A stretch of 63,933 nucleotides of DNA, the filler included, from Octopus bimaculoides (taxonomy: Eukaryota), in the NCBI RefSeq assembly GCF_001194135.2. It is 5 parts of 5 records of this genome, joined end to end, with 100 filler letters (N's around TTAATTAATTAA, not from the genome) between each part and the next. Parts side by side here need not be neighbours in the genome. Positions count along the whole stretch, not along the records: positions 43,356 to 57,505 come from NC_068984.1; positions 57,606 to 61,741 come from NW_026430412.1; positions 61,842 to 63,933 come from NW_026313239.1; 2 more parts are not named here. One strand, given 5' to 3'. Below the pieces are notes generated by a model. That model did not search any database and was not told where the DNA came from. It was given only the letters and a program-made list of their open reading frames with translations. Numbering within the stretch: position 1 is the first letter of the stretch; each line of letters begins with the position of its first letter. Of the stretch, positions 52,830-63,933 are shown one piece after another. Position numbers and translations under genes: made by a program.

Positions 52830-53369
52830 CAGGGTGTCCCAAAAAGATGTACTTACTCTTTGACTTCCTAGTACTCATGCATTTTGTGTTCAAGTAGATG
52901 TTTATTGACATACATACAACCCTAAAAAGTTAAATTAAATTAAGGAAAATAAATTGTAGAAACGATTATTTATTGTCATTTAGAATTATTTCATGTTCTC
53001 TCTCATTCTTGCGTGTTCGCAAATGTTTAAACTGCCTTCCTAAATTTTCCAAACAAAGCTGATAACGTCCAACAAGGGATTCGACAACATTGCCAAACAT
53101 TTCCTTTGGAATTGGAATTGTATTCGAATTTCATTTCTCAAATCATCAATTGTCACTGGTTTTGCAGCGTAAACCTTATCTTTGAGATGTCCCCACAAAA
53201 CAAAATCCATTGGCGTGAGGTCTGGGGAACGTGCAGGAAATTCAACGCTACCTCTCCTCCCAATCCATTTGTTTGGATTTGTTGCATCGAGGTAAGCCAG
53301 TACATCACAAAAAACAATACATTAGTAATCGTCTGTCAAAGAGTGAGTACATCTGTTTGGGACACCCAG
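52830..53369 (-). mobile_element. Non-autonomous Tc1/mariner-superfamily element (540 bp)
   Basis: 35-bp TIRs CAGGGTGTCCCAAAAAGATGTACTTACTCTTTGAC (32/35 match) with TA on both sides. Retains KWIGRRGSVEFPARSPDLTPMDFVLWGHLKDKVY. Confidence 0.92.
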
Positions 53370-54189
53370 TATATATGAAGGATGAATTTTTAAAATTTAT
53401 ACAGTTTTTAGTTTTTCGTCTTTTCCTTTTATGTCTACAATTTTTTAATCAAAAATTCTGGTTTAGCCCGTAGTCATCTAGTCCAACGGCTACCCCTTGT
53501 CTTTTTACCCAATGAGATTAAGTAGGGTCTTCACACCCAACTTCCTTACCACTCCTGTACTTACTACTTACTTACTACTTCCTTACTACTACTGTAATTT
53601 TTTGCCCCCACTGGGGGAGATAAAGCAAAACAAAAGCAAACAATATAACAATTTAAATAAACAGCTACAACAGGCAACCTCGCCAGGGAGGACCTTGAAA
53701 TAGGATAACCTATCCGCAACGGTAGAATTCCAACTGTGAACGATACAATTTCAAAAATTTGACCAAACTAAGAACTGCCGACTACGTCAGCCTCCTATTA
53801 TATATATATGTAATTGCCCCGTCTATTCTCGTCAGAGGGTGTCGTACTCTCGTCACAACAGTTTGCCTTATATAACACAAGTAAAAGCAAGAAAGAGACG
53901 ATACAAAGAATCACATATTACCTCGAGTTTTTCCTCTTAAAAATATTTTAAATGAACAAATTTTTGTGTTTATGTTGCGAACTGACCAGGATTCGGTTTG
54001 TACTATTATTCAACTCATAACACTTTTAGGTGATTCTTCCAGGATATGTAAGGACCATGTGTTGATTAAATATGTATGTTGCATAGGGTATTTCCAGACG
54101 AAGGAACCTAACTTTTGGTTTGTGGTTTTATGTTGCTTATGTACTTTTAATAAGGGTTAATATTTTCAGAAAATGATATTTCTAATGAT

Positions 54190-54430
54190 CTTCGAATGTT
54201 GAGTCTCACGGAGGCGATGACAAGTAACCGAGACCTTTGGTTATTTGCTGGACTTGAGAAACACGTCAATCCAAGTGAAATCTTAGTCGAGGCCAGTGCC
54301 GGTGAAACGTAAAAGACCTTCTTGTCGGTGACACGTAAAAGGCACCCACTACACTCTGTGGAGTCGTTGGCGTTAGGAAGTACATCCAGCCGTAGAAGCC
54401 AAGACAAAATAGACGACGATGATAATGATG
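54190..54430 (+). mobile_element. Retroposon 3' UTR/tail fragment (RTE-associated, inferred)
   Basis: GTGACACGTAAAAGGCACCCACTACACTCT..GTTAGGAAG..(GAT)n tail. Homologous to 60885-61200. Confidence 0.6.
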
Positions 54431-55299
54431 ATGTATATTTCTATTTACATAAAAGAAAGAGTTTCCTTTTTGAGAGACGGGAGGATTTTAAAATAAAATA
54501 TTAGTAAAAAACATAAATAGATTTGTTTTATAAAAGATGGGTCTTCTGTTCCCAGAAAGTGTTTCACCAGTCTTTTTTAGACAGGTTATTATTATTTATG
54601 TTTGTGTCGTCGTTCTTGTTATTATTAGTCCAAATTCAAAGTGACAATGTAGTAGATAAAACTTAACTTTGTAATACTCTTTCAATTCACATACGTATCA
54701 GAGGTTTTTAAATAAACGCACACGTTCACACGCACACGTTCACACGCACATGCACACACACATGCACACACATATTCAAACATATATACATATACACACA
54801 TATATATATATAAATTCATGCACCCAGATACATATGTTATACATATACATATATACTTATACACATACACACACATTCATATATATATTTACATAGGCAC
54901 ACTCACAGTCTTTATGTGTTTGCATTTATACACATACATATATTACATACATACATACATGCTCACATACATGAACATACCCACAAAGATATATATATAT
55001 ATATTTATATATAAACACATACATACACACCCACACATACACACAGATATACATACATACATACATACATATATACTAACATGCTTCCAGGTATACGTAC
55101 ATATATTCAACATACATATGTTCACAAAATAATAGAGAAGAAATACATTGATCTAAACATAATAAAATACTATATTTCTGTTTTGTCTCCAATCAGAGCA
55201 GTTACCAGTATTCATTATAGCCTTGTTATCATTTACTGAAATGATGTATTTATATCAGATACTGTGTAAAATCATGGATATAATCGGTGTTATTGAGTT

Positions 55300-56960
55300 A
55301 ATTAAAGAATAATGCATTGAACTTTGGTTTTTATTTGTTAATAAAATATATTGCTTTACTCTTCCGTTGATGTTCCGTCATTGAGCCGCTCCACTGGTAG
55401 AAACAGAAGACAGAATAGTTAGTAAGATCTGTCCTGCATAATTATCTATGTGTCCCTGAATGGACATATAGATAATTACGTTCCCTGATTTGTTGGCAGT
55501 GTGCCGTCATTCTTTTCTGAGTGCCATATCTGTTTGTCTCATGGAATGTTCTCGGCAACCTTTACATGGTATAATGTAAATTATGTTGTCCGAATCGCAG
55601 GGGAAATTATTTTTAATTTTGAAGGTATGTGCCCTCTTTTAAATGGAATTCGGGGTATCCCATATCTAGGTACACACTCAGCAATTTTGTCTGTTGCATT
55701 TACTAACTTCAGAGTATGTTGTCTGTGTTTGCAGCTTCGTATTGGTCAATAAATTTTTTAGTGAGTTTGTTTGCCGCTGGCTTTTTTTAAACGAGAAGTT
55801 ATTCCAAGACATTTTAGTCCTGTAATACATTGGCAGGTTTATAATATAGGCGAATATTTCGATGTTTCTTGGGCTAGAATTTGAAATATATGGAATGGCA
55901 TTTTTCTCTATTTTTGTATTTTGTTAAAAATTCTTGGATATTTGTTTAGTTTTCTGAATTCCAAATTCAATCAACTTTATGGGGTATTGTCTGATGATTA
56001 GTTATTTTCTTATTTTGTCTAGTCTCTCGCTTCGGAATTGTACGTATTCGTTTCGTTAGACTGAATAGGATGTTGCTCCGATTGTGTGTTCCAAGTTGCA
56101 CATTGTAAAAAGGAAAATTTCAAGTATATGTCCGTTTCTAGAGTTGTGTTTCCATTGTGAATTAGATGTGAGGGTTTGTGTTGCGTATAATCTGTCAATA
56201 CTTCCCCTCCATACGATAAAACAATCGTCCACAAGCCTCTTCCAGTTTTGTTTCAAAAAACGGCTGAAATCTTCAAATATTTCAGGGAATTTTCCGTAGA
56301 TTTTCAGTTCATGGCATTCCATGACTAAGTTGTTATATGTTGGAGCAAATGTTGTTCCCATGAACAATCCCAACTTTTCTCGGTAGTCTGTGTTACCGAA
56401 TATGAAGTAGTTGTTTTCTAAAATGAATTGGAAGACAGCTACAGTAAACTTTCTATCTATCCGTTCTGGTATTTCATAAGAAAATGAGTCAATAGATTCG
56501 ATTTCATAATTGTGACGTATATTGCCATATAGGATCCCAGCGTCATATGTAACAGTACAGGTGGCTTTTTTTTTTACTGCATTGGGGAGATGATTGAGTA
56601 TATCGAAACCATTTCGTATAAAATTTTCTATGTACTTGAGGAAAGGCTTTAGCAGCATGTCTAGGAAATTGCTGAAGCGATATGTTTCGGTCGACAAACC
56701 TCCTAGAATGGGTCTTAGTTTCAGATACGATGGCGATAGGATGTTCACACAATTGCTCTTTGCTCCTTCAAATATTTCATTAATCAGTTCATTTTTATGT
56801 TGTTTATAGAAGCTTTTTATCCTATGTCTGAAGCTTGCAAGGTAATCCAGTTATTGCGTAAAGAAATTCAGTATAGTAAGATAGTGGTTAGTTTCATAAT
56901 TTTTTTCAGGTTTGTACTTTTTTATTTCTTCATACTAAATACAATCTTGTGACATACATA
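55300..56960 (-). mobile_element. Penelope-like element (Neptune-like): RT, Cys linker and GIY-YIG, degraded
   Basis: LKLRPI, LY.NI, GLFMGTTFAPTYNNL and WKRLVDDCFIVW (RT). Linker KCNRQNC*VC. Endonuclease NNFPCDSDNIIYIIPCKGCRE..RQT..R..H.QQI. Confidence 0.9.
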
Positions 56961-57470
56961 TATATTGCTAATATTTGAATGGGTATTATCATATAGACCC
57001 ATATATAACATGCATATAATGTTCAAATTTATATGTATAGTACACACACATACACACACACACGCGCCTGTGTGTATATACTTATACATGTATGTCTAAG
57101 TATTTATATATGTGTTTGTAGAGAGACAGACAGGCAGACAGACAGATAGAGACAGACAGACAGACTATTGTTTTATTAATATTTAGAGGAATAAATATAT
57201 TCATAGAATTTGGGATGGAAAATATATTGGTGAAATGGTGAAATAAGTTAGAAATAGTTTTTCTTAAATCTATGCATGTATGCATGTACATATGAAGGAA
57301 TGTGTGTATGTATTTATACATGCGTGCGTATGTGCGTGTTTGTGTTCATGCATGTATGTATATATTAAGGGAAACTAATTAATGCCTTATTAATATTTGA
57401 ATGGGTAAGCATTACATATCTACTCATATATATATATATGTATCATAAACATATGTATAGATATATGCAA

Positions 57471-57505
<35 letters not shown>

Positions 57506-57605
57506 NNNNNNNNNNNNNNNNNNNNNNNNNNNNNNNNNNNNNNNNNNNNTTAATTAATTAANNNNNNNNNNNNNNNNNNNNNNNNNNNNNNNNNNNNNNN
57601 NNNNN
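57506..57605. other. Artificial scaffold linker
   Basis: 44 N + TTAATTAATTAA (57550-57561) + 44 N. Confidence 0.95.
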
Positions 57606-58334
57606 ATTCTTCAAGACATTGCCCCAGCATGGCCGCAGTCTAATGACTGAAACAAGGAAAAGATAAAAAATAAAAATAAGTGTACCTAGGACTGTTTTAT
57701 CGAGTGTGTCCTTCATTTTTATCAAGACTTTAGAGTGGGATTTCAGTGAAATTTGGCTGCTGTCTCTTGCATGCTGAACAATTGTTTCAGCTCGTTCGTT
57801 GGTGCTTTCAGCCGCTCGCTGTGTCGTGACTCCTCAACTATTGTCCGTACCAATGCATGGAGACTCTCATCAACAATAGTATTGGATTCTTCAAGACATT
57901 AAATTGCTGCTGCTGCTGCCAATTGTTATTTAGTAGAGAGATTTGTAGATGCAGGTGTGCTTGTATAATTAAGAAGCTTTTTAACTATGTNNNNNNNNNN
58001 NNNNNNNNNNNNNNNNNNNNNNNNNNNNNNNNNNNNNNNNNNNNNNNNNNNNNNNNNNNNNNNNNNNNNNNNNNNNNNNNNNNNNNNNNNNNNNNNNNNN
58101 NNNNNNNNNNNNNNNNNNNNNNNNNNNNNNNNNNNNNNNNNNNNNNNNNNNNNNNNNNNNNNNNNNNNNNNNNNNNNNNNNNNNNNNNNNNNNNNNNNNN
58201 NNNNNNNNNNNNNGGCAAAATTGAGGGGTAGCTGAAATTGAAAGGGCTGGCCTTGTCACATTCTGTGTCACTCTGAATATCCTTCAGAAGTACGTTAAGA
58301 GGGTGGGTAATTTCATAAGCCTGTGAGCAGTAAT

Positions 58335-58525
58335 ATTGGTTTCAAATGTTTGCACAAGGCCAGCAATTTCAAGGGAGGCAGGTAAGCCAGTATTCAGCTG
58401 GTACTTATTTTATTGACCCTGAATGGATGAAAGGTAAAGTTGATCTCAGTAGAAATTGAACTCAGAATGTAAAGATGGACAAAATGCCTGGTGTGCTAAC
58501 AATTCTGACAGCTTGCTGCTTTAAT
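58335..58525 (-). mobile_element. SINE family A, CpG-decayed
   Basis: TTGATCTCAGTAGAAATTGAACTCAGAATGTAAAGATGGACAAAAT versus TCGACCTCGGCGGAATTTGAACTCAGAACGTAAAGACGGACGAAAT (composite of the other copies). Confidence 0.85.
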
Positions 58526-58539
58526 GTGAAGCAGTGATA

Positions 58540-58668
58540 TTAGTTTCAAATTTTGGTGCAAGGCCAGCAATTTTGGGGAAGGAGTTCAATTGATTCCATC
58601 AACTCCAACTGCTGTTTATTTTATGAACTCTGAAAGGATGAAAGGCAAAGTTGATCTTGGCGGAATAC
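58540..58668 (-). mobile_element. SINE family A, partial, CpG-decayed
   Basis: GAAAGGATGAAAGGCAAAGTTGATCTTGGCGGAAT matches family A. Confidence 0.75.
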
Positions 58669-59591
58669 TGTGAGCAGTAACTTTAAAAAGAGGAGGGAGC
58701 TAATTGAGCACTAAGGAAACAAATTGTATAGAATATGTTTCTAAACAGTCTGAGACATTTGAGAGCCGATACTGACATTTTGGCATTAAACAGATGAAAG
58801 CTAATAATTCTCTGAATAGGGTGTAGGTAACATTGTTTTGGTNNNNNNNNNNATGAAAGCTAATAATTCTCTGAATAGGGTGTAGGTAACATTGTTTTGG
58901 TAGATTCTTGTTCAGCTGAGTGAATGAAATTGTGTATATTAAATGTAATTCGGCCTAGAAACAAAGCTGTAGTACTTGCAATCCATGAGTAAGTATTCTT
59001 TACTCAGTCTATGATGCAACTTCTGGGTTCTGCATTAAAGTTGTCATGCACAACTGTGGGATGGGGCCATGTTGCAAAATCTACCCTGTAGCTGTATGAA
59101 GACAGCATGAGATATGGTAGGGCTTTTGTTTATGCTATTCCGCTATGTTTATTATATATAACTGATAGCTCTGTTAGTAGCTGCATATACACTCTTTTGG
59201 AATGTTGTCACCTTGAGTGGTGGTGGTGGTGGTGTCAGTGATAATGAAAGATGCATTACTTTGATTGAGATTGAATCCCNNNNNNNNNNGGTGTCAGTGA
59301 TAATGAAAGATGCATTACTTTGATTGAGATTGAATCCCTGAAGCATTTTTGTAGATGTCAGTTTGTCTAAATTCTTGTACTCACTATCATCATTTTAACA
59401 TCCACTATTCCATCATGTCATCAACTGTCACCTGTTTTCAAGGTAATTATTCTCCTTGGTCGGACATATTTCCTTGAAACACTGGAAACAAACAAAACGA
59501 CTTGTTTGATGGTCACACTTGTTTACAACTATTGCATGATATCAAGATGTGACACACACAAGCATGTGTGTGCGCACACACTCACAACAAA

Positions 59592-59741
59592 GTCCAATCA
59601 CAAGGCTTTGGTTGGCCTGGGGCTATGGTAGAAGACACTTGCCCAAAGTGTCACACAGTGGGACTGAACCCGGAACCNNNNNNNNNNAAAGTGTCACACA
59701 GTGGGACTGAACCCGGAACCATGTGGTTGGGAAGTAAACTT
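59592..59741 (-). mobile_element. CORE-type SINE (family B)
   Basis: Minus strand shows box B GGGTTCAGTCCC and a CORE-like GACACTTTGGGCAAGTG. Split by a 10-N gap with duplicated flank. Confidence 0.7.
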
Positions 59742-60272
59742 CAAATGCCTGGATAGCAAATGTTTACAGTTCAGTGGATACACTATTCAAATACCTACTG
59801 GTTGCTGTGTTGACAATTCAAAACCATTTGCATACATTTGGACACTCAATGTATTTTCTGTGCTGTGTTCACTGAGCTTTTGAGAACTTCCTGGTCATGA
59901 TACTTGCAGTTTACTGACTTCTTATCCAGGGAAGAATTAATTTTATCATTTCACAATGGAAACAGAATTAAACAGAGGCTATTACATTGTACATCAAAAG
60001 CATTAGTGATGACTGTGTGTTTACAGGGGATACACTTTTTTGTAGCAGAAGATGTCCATGGTAGTAGTCAACCAAGGANNNNNNNNNNATACACTTTTTT
60101 GTAGCAGAAGATGTCCATGGTAGTAGTCAACCAAGGAAAATATCAGAAGTGCTTTGCTCAGATCTGAAAATGTTGAGCCTCAGGGAAAAAGATTTATTTG
60201 AGAGTAGGCCAACTCATTCCAGGATAAAAAGAAAATACAGATTAAAATGTTTGATAAATAATTTCATTTCAG

Positions 60273-60365
60273 ATCTTCTTTTGCAATTGATGGGCCTGAC
60301 ATGAAGGTAATTGCAGATGTTGAGCGGATTCTTAAAGAGTTTCATGAGGCCAAGAAACCTGTTGG
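60273..60365 (+). CDS. GATD3: Internal coding exon of a GATD3/ES1 (C21orf33) homologue, DJ-1/PfpI family
   Basis: Acceptor TTTCATTTCAG and donor GG/GTAAGT bound 93 bp in phase 2-2. Peptide [31 protein letters not shown] matches the vertebrate GATD3 segment [31 protein letters not shown] (from memory). Flanking exons not found in this window. Confidence 0.88.
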
Positions 60366-60884
60366 GTAAGTAGCCAAAGCATTAAAACCATCTTGCTGCA
60401 GACAGTCACATCTTTTGGTTACCTGAGGTAATGTAAATGGATTGTATTATTGATGGTGTTCCTTGCTGGAATTAATATTTACCTTTCATCCTTTGGGTTG
60501 TTTGGTATCATAAGTAACAACTATATTCAGAATTTACTACCAAAGCACTGGATAACATTTGTCAGTTTAGTTGCCCATAACTGAAAAAAGTCTTTTGACA
60601 TGCTGACAAGCTATATGCAATCAGTATAAAAGTGTAGTCAAAAAAAAAGTTAGCACATTTGGAAAGGATTGAAATGCCAACAAGTCTTGTTTAATGAGTG
60701 TTTCAGCTATCATTTGCTGCAATGTTTCTCTTGGCACCTATTTCNNNNNNNNNNGAGTGTTTCAGCTATCATTTGCTGCAATGTTTCTCTTGGCACCTAT
60801 TTCACTTAGTTTGATGAACAAAAAGGAAGATTGGTATAACAAATGTTTTGATCCTGTTTTTGATGCCATGAGAAGACAGGGCCA

Positions 60885-61200
60885 AATTATCATTTCGACC
60901 ATCCAAATGTGGCTGATGCCAGTACCCCTCTGACTGGCTCCCATGCTGGTGGCATGTAAAAAGCACGATCCGAATGTGATCGATGCCAGGCCTACCTGAC
61001 TGGCCCCTGTGCCAGTGACACGTAAAAAGCACCCACTACACTCTCAGAGTGGTTGNNNNNNNNNNAAAAGCACCCACTACACTCTCAGAGTGGTTGGTGT
61101 TAGGAAGGGCATCCCACTGGCTCTCCAGACATCAGTCAAACTGTCCAATCGATGCCAGCATGGAAAACGGACCTTAAACAATGATGATAATGATGTTGAT
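60885..61200 (+). mobile_element. Retroposon 3' tail (same family as 54190-54430), partly CpG-decayed
   Basis: ACGTAAAAAGCACCCACTACACTCTCAGAGTGGTTGG..AGGAAGGGCATCC..(GAT)n tail. Confidence 0.7.
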
Positions 61201-61741
61201 TGACAGTTTTGTTTACATTGATAGTAAAAACAGAAACTATGCAATGTTTGAGAAGAATAATAAATTTTCTATTGACTATGTAATTATGAGAAACAAATGG
61301 CAAAAAACTNNNNNNNNNNTAAATTTTCTATTGACTATGTAATTATGAGAAACAAATGGCAAAAAACTGTCAGCTATTATTATTGTCAATTGTGGTATCA
61401 AAATATAAAGGAATGGAGCTGCAGATCTAGAGATCTATTATAAATAGGTGANNNNNNNNNNAAGATTGGATTAGATCAATGAAGACCAAATATAAAATAA
61501 TCAGCATGGACTTTCAAAGATGAGATGACATGGGATCAAGATGCACAAAAGATGCTGTGATACAGATCTCCTTAAATCATACCACCTTGGAAAACACTAA
61601 AGATAATGGTAACAATATTACCAAGTAAACTCTGCTTTTATAGTTTCAAATAATAAATTATTAGCAGTGTTGTTTGATCAGTGAGTGGAGTTTTAGATTT
61701 TGCGTTTTTCTACACTTTTTGGAATTATGCTGTTACTTTTG

Positions 61742-61841
61742 NNNNNNNNNNNNNNNNNNNNNNNNNNNNNNNNNNNNNNNNNNNNTTAATTAATTAANNN
61801 NNNNNNNNNNNNNNNNNNNNNNNNNNNNNNNNNNNNNNNNN
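61742..61841. other. Artificial scaffold linker
   Basis: 44 N + TTAATTAATTAA (61786-61797) + 44 N. Confidence 0.95.
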
Positions 61842-62051
61842 CGGGTAAAGTGTATGTATGCATATGTATACGGGTAATATAGTAGAGTAAAATAGAAATA
61901 AACAAATTAATTAATCTAGTGGAAATTCACAGGAGAGCAATAAAAATAGAAAATTAAGGAGTTATCTCCTCTATAATAATAGAATCTAACGGGATGTTAA
62001 GAATTTAATGATCGTTATGTATGTGTTTTTTCGTGTTTTGTTCCGATGGTA

Positions 62052-62137
62052 ACCACTCCTGAAGAAGTGCCAAATGTCAAAATCCAATGGACCAGTCACT
62101 GGATAAGTTTGGCACAGAAATGTTAACATAGAGTGGT
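62052..62137 (+). ncRNA. Type I hammerhead ribozyme, nearly intact (probable PLE pLTR)
   Basis: Stem I ACCACTC/GAGTGGT, core CTGAAGA, stem II GTGCCAAA/TTTGGCAC, GAAA, palindromic stem III ATGTTAACAT, H17 = A at 62130, and AATAAA at 62139. Confidence 0.8.
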
Positions 62138-63086
62138 GAATAAAACGATATATCGAGTTTGAAGTCTCTGTCTCTTTTGAATATGAAAATTTAAAAGTTA
62201 AAAACCTTATAATATAAATATAAACTGTGAGAACGACCCTTAAGGAATCTAGTTAATGATCCCCTAANNNNNNNNNNNNNNNNNNNNNNNNNNNNNNNNN
62301 NNNNNNNNNNNNNNNNNNNNNNNNNNNNNNNNNNNNNNNNNNNNNNNNNNNNNNNNNNNNNNNNNNNNNNNNNNNNNNNNNNNNNNNNNNNNNNNNNNNN
62401 NNNNNNNNNNNNNNNNNNNNNNNNNNNNNNNNNNNNNNNNNNNNNNNNNNNNNNNNNNNNNNNNNNNNNNNNNNNNNNNNNNNNNNNNNNNNNNNNNNNN
62501 NNNNNNNNNNNNNNNNNNNNNNNNNNNNNNNNNNNNNNNNNNNNNNNNNNNNNNNNNNNNNNNNNNNNNNNNNNNNNNNNNNNNNNNNNNNNNNNNNNNN
62601 NNNNNNNNNNNNNNNNNNNNNNNNNNNNNNNNNNNNNNNNNNNNNNNNNNNNNNNNNNNNNNNNNNNNNNNNNNNNNNNNNNNNNNNNNNNNNNNNNNNN
62701 NNNNNNNNNNNNNNNNNNNNNNNNNNNNNNNNNNNNNNNNNNNNNNNNNNNNNNNNNNNNNNNNNNNNNNNNNNNNNNNNNNNNNNNNNNNNNNNNNNNN
62801 NNNNNNNNNNNNNNNNNNNNNNNNNNNNNNNNNNNNNNNNNNNNNNNNNNNNNNNNNNNNNNNNNNNNNNNNNNNNNNNNNNNNNNNNNNNNNNNNNNNN
62901 NNNNNNNNNNNNNNNNNNNNNNNNNNNNNNNNNNNNNNNNNNNNNNNNNNNNNNNNNNNNNNNNNNNNNNNNNNNNNNNNNNNNNNNNNNNNNNNNNNNN
63001 NNNNNNNNNNNNNNNNNNNNNNNNNNNNNNNNNNNNNNNNNNNATATATATATATATACATACTTATATTTGTATGTATATATACA

Positions 63087-63933
63087 CAGGGTGGGTGGAA
63101 AGTAACTAGTCATTAGAAATTGCTTATAGAATTTTTAGTATCAATGAAGTTATGACGAGTACATTTTTTAAACAGGCAAAACTAATGGCAATTTCTTATT
63201 TTCTTATTGTCTTATTTTTTTTATTTCTTATTCTCCAGATGGCCGGTCGATTCACTGTTCAGGAGCTAGCTAAGATAGCAGCATGCTATGAAGTGTAGAA
63301 TTCCTTTGTTTTGGTTATGAGATTGTGGTGCGCAGGGAAAGGTAAGCATGCAATACTACGTCTGGAGACAATAAAAAGTTGTTATGCAAAGCTGAATTAC
63401 CACCGGCTCTGTGAACGATGCAAGAAGTGGCTGTCCAACAACATCCCGATCAGCGGAGAACCTTGGAACAGTGCAGGAAATGTCTAATTGCAGTTTGCAA
63501 AAATCAGCACGTGAAGCAACTCGTGAGAGTGGACTAACAAAACACACAATACCTACAGTGTTGCATAAAGGATAGAATTTTCGTCAGTGGAAACCCGATT
63601 ACGTGCAGGAGCTAAAACTTGAAGACTGTGACTGCAGAATTCCAGACCTCCAGAACTCCAAGTATTCCAGATCTCACTCCATGTGATTTCGATTTGTGGG
63701 GTTACAGATAAAAAGAGGTGTACAAGACAAAACCTCGCAAACTGGAGGATTTGGAGACGCGGATTCAGGAGGTTCTCAATGATATCCCTGACGACAATTT
63801 TCAGATGGTTGTTCATTCCATCCCTGGCTGTTTGAGGAAACTGGTTGACATCACCGATGCTTACATTGAAATATGAAGATTTACATTCATTTTCACATGT
63901 AATAAAGAACTTGTATCAATTGTTTCAATAACA
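63087..63933 (+). mobile_element. Tc3/maT-like element, internally deleted (same family as 18782-19520)
   Basis: End sequence CAGGGTGGGTGGAAAGTAACTAG. Remnants KSAREATRESGLT..QELKLED joined to PDLTPCDF.LWG..VYKTKP..LEDLETRI. Runs off the window end. Confidence 0.85.

Noticed and set aside
60690-60800. TTTCAG followed by TGCTGC as a possible next GATD3 exon
   Set aside because: In the required phase it reads YHLLQCFSW, not LCCI.P. The region is also gap-duplicated.
58794-61370. Direct repeats of about 40-50 bp either side of 10-N gaps (58843, 59280, 59678, 60079, 60745, 61056, 61310)
   Set aside because: Exact duplicates of the sequence flanking fixed-length gaps, i.e. unmerged contig overlaps. 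Not CRISPR or tandem repeats.
3010-63113. Numerous ORFs rich in YI, HT, CV, LS, poly-K, poly-E or X
   Set aside because: They are translations of microsatellites or read through N gaps. No coding evidence.

Overview
AT-rich, microsatellite-dense animal genomic DNA, most likely an octopod (inferred from the SINE/LINE repertoire; not database-verified). The window is not one locus. Four identical artificial linkers (44 N + TTAATTAATTAA + 44 N) join five pieces: A 1-25248, B 25349-43255, C 43356-57505, D 57606-61741, E 61842-63933. Most of the content is decayed transposable elements: tRNA-derived SINEs, Tc1/mariner relics and MITEs, a hAT MITE, L1/Tx1, CR1, RTE and Dong/R4 LINE fragments, and Penelope-like elements (PLEs). 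One host exon is confidently recognisable (GATD3/ES1, 60273-60365). It lies in the only piece whose repeats show strong CpG decay. The most interesting signals are RNA-level: a nearly intact type I hammerhead ribozyme at 62052-62137, several other hammerhead relics including a repeated CUGUUGA core variant, two perfect 31-36 bp hairpins, and several closely spaced inverted SINE pairs. Most ORFs in the supplied track are microsatellite or N-gap artefacts. No CRISPR array, rRNA gene, intact tRNA gene or bacterial operon was seen.
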